From Saprolegnia diclina VS20 (lineage: Eukaryota), in NCBI RefSeq assembly GCF_000281045.1, contig NW_008246128.1:186617-240420 (forward strand): a stretch of DNA of 53,804 nt. The letters run 5' to 3'. Each line of letters starts with the position of its first letter. Within the stretch, counting starts at the first letter, position 1. The position numbers were made by a program, and so were the translations under genes. The notes beneath the pieces were generated by a model, which was not told the DNA's origin, did not search any database, and saw only the letters and a program-made list of their open reading frames with translations. This document shows positions 48,801 through 53,804 of the stretch, in pieces.

Positions 48801-51800
48801 GGCGCGTTCGGCGCCGCGAGTGTCGCCGAGAGCCGATGCAGCGTCGCGTCGCGCACGACCAAGCGGTCGTCGACCGGCACTTGCTGCAGCACAGCGAGGA
48901 GTGTAGCGAAATATTCGGTGCAGGTCGCGGACGGCAAGCCCGCTGGCAGCCACGAGAACGTCCAAAGGGGCGGAGACGCCGTGAGCATCGCGGCCATGTC
49001 GCTGCGGACACCAGCGCTCGTCGGGCACTGGAGCAGCTCGAGCAGCAGCGCCGTGTCAATGCCATCGCGCTCGCTTGTACTTGTAGCTAGCGCCGCCGTG
49101 TGCTGCGTCCACATGTAGCACGCTGACTGGAGCAGCTGGCGCACCTCGAGCATGTTCATGTCGGCCGACGAGGCGACCATACGCAAGAGCGTCACGAGGC
49201 GCGGGAGGTCAAGTGCCGTGTGGTGTTGGAGCACCAAGAGCAGATACGCGTGCGCTTGCAGCCCCAGCGAAGACACACCGACGAGATCGATGAGCGTTGA
49301 CACCAGTGCCGGCGTCATGCGTTGTACGTCCCGCGGGCAAGCAGCAAGAATCTGCAGCTGGTACAAGACCAGATGCGGGCGGCAAATCGAAATCGGCTCG
49401 TCGATGGCAACCACATGCGACGGAAGACGCTGCAGGAGGTTCCACATGGCCGACGCATCGTGCTGCGACCGCTCGAGGACGTCGAGCACGTCCATGAAGA
49501 GGCCAAAGTACTTGTCGACGAGCCGCAAGCGGAGACTGGTCGGCGCCGGCGGAAAGCCCGACTCGATGAGGTGCGCCCACACCAGATTCGGATACAACGA
49601 CGCGACTGACGCAATGAAATGCAGCCACTCGTCGAGGTCATAGTTGTGGTCGTCGTTTTGGCCGCGAAACATAACGTACACGTTCGTGTTGCTGTAGCGC
49701 TCGATCGCCGTCGCGCGGTCGGCATACCATGTCGCTGCCACCGCGGCGACCGCCGGCAAGAGGGTGCTCGACTTGGCCTCCAAGAGGTTTGGAAGCATGC
49801 CTTGGCGCGCTTGCACCTGGAGGCTCGGGACGCGGTGGGTGCGATTGGCATCGCGCCAGTCGAGAACGACTGCGCCCACCGGCACCTTCCAGATGGCCGC
49901 GATCGCCGCCTGAACTTCGCCAATGGTGGTCGACGACGTGATCGCGAGCACTTGATCGTTCCAATGCAGCTCCAAGGACGCGTCGCTCGGGCTCGACAAG
50001 GCGCCGTGCGGCCGCGTGAACGGCGAGCACACTTCGACCGCTTCCCACTGCCCGACCATGTGCTGCAGAAGGTGCAGGCAGCGCGCAACCGCCGGTGCGT
50101 TGGCATTGGCAGCCGCCACGCGCGCGTGCGCGCAGCACTGGTCCATGTACTCTTCCTGAACGAGCGGCGAGTCTGTGTCGTGGTACAGCGCGTGGAGACA
50201 CGGCACGACCGCGTTGACGGTCTCGAGACTGTCGGCGTTGAGCGCAATGTGCCAGAGCGCGTCGATCCCAAGGACGTCGTGCGGGAGCACGCGGGCGTGG
50301 AAGAGCGTCGAATCGTCCCAGAGACTCCGCACGAGCTTGCCGTGGGCTTGGTTGAGCGAGAGAAAATACTGTTCCAAGCAGCGGAAGCGCGGCAGTGGCC
50401 ACGGCGCCGAAACGTGCGCCAAGAACCACTCAAACACAAACGTCGACTGCGTCAAGGGCAGCGACGCGCAGAGCCCCGAGAGAAACGGGAACAGGCGGTC
50501 GTCGTCGTTGGGCGGCAACGACACAAGCAACCGCAGCTCGTCGTCCGTAAACGTCACTCCGAGCGGCGTCACAAATGAGAGAAACCGAAAGGCCGCGTCG
50601 GGGTACGCCGGCAGCACATGCAAAACGCGTGGCACCACGTCCGGCAGCTGCGAAAACGCCAAACCCCTTGGCACGGTGAACGCCGTGTACGAGATGAGCG
50701 GGTGCTGTTCGAGGAGCGCTTCGGCAATCTCAAGCGATGGCACGACCGCAGTCGAGGCCGCGAGGTTGGTCAAGCACCGAAGCAGGTTGTCCTGGCGCGG
50801 CGTCTAGGTTCCTCTCAGTTCGGAAGTCTTCGCGAGCTCAAGGTGGCTACCTTCATGTCCATGGCACTCAACGCGTCGACAAGCCCGCGCTGGGCTGCCA
50901 GTTGGACGGACGCCGGGAGCGTTGGGTGCTGCAAAATGGCCCAAAAAAGGTCCTGCGTCGATGGTCCGTCCGAAGCGTCCACACTGCGGATCCCGAGCCA
51001 CTTGTGGAGCCGGACGAGCCACCTAAGCGACCAGATCCACTCGATGTTTCTATCTTCAGAGGCGCTTACGTGATCGTGTCGTCGCTGTACAGCGCGAGGT
51101 CGAGTGCTTGCACGAGCCGCCAGAGCTCCAACAGCTGGTCCGGTGCGAACACGGAGGCCATTTCGACGAGAAACGAGTAGAGGAGCGAGACGCGGGATTT
51201 CTCAGCGGCCGGGTCGAGGACAACAGCCCATAGCGTCGACATGGCCACGACGCGCTGCTGGACGCCAAAGCGGAAGAGCTCGAGCGCGCGCTGGAGCACT
51301 TCGGCGTGCGATCGAAGGAGCACATCGAGGATGAGATCACGGTGGAACCACTCGGTGACGAGCGCCGCGTCGAGGTGCTGCCGCTTGCGGTAATGAAAGC
51401 TCTGCACGAGGTCGACCATCTTTTGGACGCCTTGGAATTGTCGCTCGAGGAGCGGGCACCGAATGTACACCATGTAGACAGACCAGAGCCATGTATCGAG
51501 GCGGAGCGCCGTGCCGTTGGCGTTGAGCACATGGGAGAGGAGTGATTGGAGGCGGCCAGCCCAGTGCGCAACCACGTCGATCGAGATCGCGCGCACGTCG
51601 GCGCGGAGATGCAGGAGGAGGTTGGCGCCAATGGCTGCGTCAACGTCGACAAGGTACGCGGCTGCGAATGGCTGCGTGAGGTACTCGGTAATGTCGAGGA
51701 GCCACTCGAGGACGCAGCTGAGCTCAGCCATCGAGAGCGCGGGAATTGCATTGAGCAGCAACGAAAAGCCTTGGGCCGCGCCGAACCGGTTGAGCGACGC

Positions 51801-52493
51801 GAGAAGGAGCGGCGACCGGCAGCGCTGCGTCGGCGCGGCGTTGGCAAAGACGTGGTCGGCGTCCGCCGACGGGAGCGTGCTGCGGTGCAATGTCCCGTCG
51901 GCCTTGGTGTACGCCCGCGCGATCCGGTGCGACTTGAGGTCGAACCACTGGTCAAACTCGGCGTCGTAGCCCGAGTACCGGCCGCGTGTATCGACCTGGT
52001 CACCGTCCATCGAGTACACGCGGTATCCGATGAGGATCTTCTCGGGCGACACCGAAAGCACGGTCGATGTGAACCACAAGAAATGGTTGTCCATGCAGTC
52101 GACAAGGTCCCCGACCTGGAGGCGGCTGCGCCACGGCTCGTTAAGCTTGGAGCCGTCGGGTGCAATGTCGGCCGACTGGCGATCGACCCAAATGTCGTCG
52201 TCGATCCCGTTCTCAAAGCTGATGCGGAACATCTCTTCATGCTCCTCGATGACCTGCGCGCGGCTCCATTGGCGGTCCTTTGGGTGCAGCGCGTCGATCC
52301 AGTCGGCAAAGCTAATGGCTTTGCGCCACTCGGGCGTCGCCGCCGGCGCCGGCGGGCTGGCCTCGTCGACCTCGTCCGCCCAGTAGATCGCGTTGTGAGG
52401 GCTAAGGAGCGTCCATGCGGCTGCCACGTCCCCGGCGTCCTTGAGGCGCGCGACAGCGCCGTCGACCGCGGCCAGCGCCTCAGCGTCGTCCAT
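45890..52493 (-). CDS. Large ubiquitin-specific protease (peptidase C19, USP9/24/34-like) with N-terminal tandem Tudor/MBT-like repeats and a C-terminal NZF finger; 2 introns near 51070-51025 and 50850-50805
   Basis: Cys box GLKNNGNTCFLNSILQQL, QQDAQ, His box VHSGTAQSGHYYSY...NDA...SAYMLLY; C-terminal CPRCTFHNEPYSILCDMC; a middle exon joins the two long ORFs in frame. Confidence 0.88.
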
Positions 52494-52711
52494 CGCTCGG
52501 CAGAAAATGATGGGACGTGGGATATGATTTGTACCCGGGTCATCTTGCTCCTTGTAGGGGGAATTTACCACCAAGACACACGGTGTAAAACGGTGAAAAT
52601 AAAGAGAAGCGCACCTTGGTCAGCAGAGAGGAAAAACCGCACCCGATTGAGCGCACCCAAAAGTTTTGTACTTTGAGTCCTCGCAAGTGTCAAGCTCGTC
52701 AAACCATCTAT

Positions 52712-53100
52712 ATATGAACGTGTTTCGCGTTATCTTCATAATTACACAAAGACTTCGCATACGTAGAGACTAGCAATCTCCTTCTTCTTCATTCGCTTGC
52801 CGGTCCATGGCTGCGCAGGCGGCGGTGCGGGGCTCGTCTGTCGTTGCCCTACGACGCTTGTGCCCGCGGGTGAGGCCCGTGATGATACGGTCGGTCAAAT
52901 TTTTCCAGGCGTCGCGGTCGGCGGCAAAGCCACGCAGTTTGCCATGGTCGTCGGGAGTCGCCAGCGACTGAGGCGGCATCAGCGACTGGAGGTCGCGGTG
53001 CAGGACGATCGGCAGCGTGATCTTGGTGCGTCCTAAGAAACGGGGCGCCTCGGATGGGGCAAAGAAGCGAACCATATGAGTACATTTGTATACCACCGGC
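52712..53100 (-). mobile_element. 3' end of a non-LTR retrotransposon (RTE-like ORF2 C-terminus plus 3' UTR)
   Basis: MVRFFAPSEAPRFLGRTKITLPIVLHRDL...KLRGFAADRDAWKNL resembles the GRP.TT...DL...A.DR..W tail of RTE ORF2; the 3' part is duplicated at 24178-24327 with a TSD; ends in short (TA)n. Confidence 0.65.
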
Positions 53101-53557
53101 GTGCAAACTGCATTGTTGTCGTATGCAAGCCTGGAAGGCCTTTACGAAGCGTGTCGCCACTTGCAGCGCCTGCAAAGCCCGGAAAAGAATATATAGTTAA
53201 TTGAACTTCGTAGAAATGGTATTGCCATTGAAAACAAAGGTTATTTTATATTTTTAACAACCGTCATCAAGTCGAGAGGGAGGTAGTATGGTCGTTTTAG
53301 CGCCCTGTGGCGCCAAGGCGTAGATCTCGGTTCAACCAACGACGACTTTGTAACTTGAAAATTTGTGTATTTTAGTACTACTTGGTGGAGAAGTAGAAAG
53401 ATGTCTCGTTGACGTTTTGTGAGAGTGGGTAGTATGACGAGAAAATGCAGCATGGAGTTGGTTTGAATTGTTCAAAAATGATAAAGAAAATGATAAAAGA
53501 ATGATTTTTGAGAGAGGCTACAAGAATGATCGCTAGGCGGGTGGGACAAAAAAAGAT

Positions 53558-53638
53558 CGTCAGCTGTGAGATTCGAACTCACGCGGGTTGCCCCATTAAC
53601 TTAGCAGGCTAACGCCTTAACCACTCGGCCAAGCTGAC
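53558..53638 (-). tRNA. trnS-GCT: tRNA-Ser(GCT)
   Basis: GTCAGCT/AGCTGAC acceptor stem, D-arm GCCGAGTGGTTAAGGC, anticodon loop CTGCTAA, long variable arm, TTCGAAT loop, G discriminator, followed by a T7 Pol III terminator. Confidence 0.95.
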
Positions 53639-53804
53639 TTTCGTATGCCTACCATGGATCGAATTTTACACGAATAAATGCCGTATATGACAACTTGTAC
53701 ATACAGCCATCTTCACATGACTATCACAATCATATCGCTGCCACACTCTACACAAAAAATAATCCCTCATATGTCCTCATGAGCCCTCAATAAAGCCATT
53801 TATA

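Noticed and set aside
47501..52676. Long antisense ORFs (also 2318-3334, 33940-35280, 38961-40271 and others)
   Set aside because: Shadow ORFs caused by high GC3 codon bias on the opposite coding strand; no recognisable motifs.
53558..53638. tRNA with a long variable arm as a possible tRNA-Sec partner for the GPx
   Set aside because: The anticodon is GCT, not TCA, and the acceptor/T stems are the ordinary 7/5; this is a normal tRNA-Ser.

Overview
Eukaryotic, GC-rich and gene-dense, with many short (~40-60 nt) GT-AG introns. Gene content and style (GH17-PAN secreted proteins, INR/FPR promoters) point to an oomycete, probably Saprolegnia-like; this is an inference. The first ~11 kb is a rearranged cluster of secreted GH17 beta-1,3-glucanase/PAN-Apple genes (three full-length copies, one hidden in a gap, plus two fragments) interleaved with two histidine-phosphatase (PGM-family) paralogues and direct/inverted repeats. 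Housekeeping genes follow: CCT4, importin-9, NCA2/DGS1-like, glutathione peroxidase, a degenerate HAD-like gene, an intron-rich gamma-glutamyltransferase, COG4-like, an HMG-box protein, V-ATPase H, LYAR, a MyTH4-FERM myosin with a degenerate motor, a PGPGAY-repeat/IQ/PH protein, a neuferricin-like cytochrome b5 protein, a large USP with tandem Tudor/MBT-like repeats and an NZF finger, and tRNA-Ser(GCT). The main hidden signal: the glutathione peroxidase is split in the ORF track by an in-frame TGA exactly at the catalytic position (NVASQ-U-G), and its 3' UTR has a canonical type-II SECIS hairpin, so it is very likely a selenoprotein. Also seen: a 150-bp 5'-truncated LINE insertion with a perfect 13-bp target-site duplication, a perfect 31-bp palindrome, and small (C)AAGGG-ended inverted-repeat insertions. 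Exon boundaries were read by eye and need RNA confirmation.
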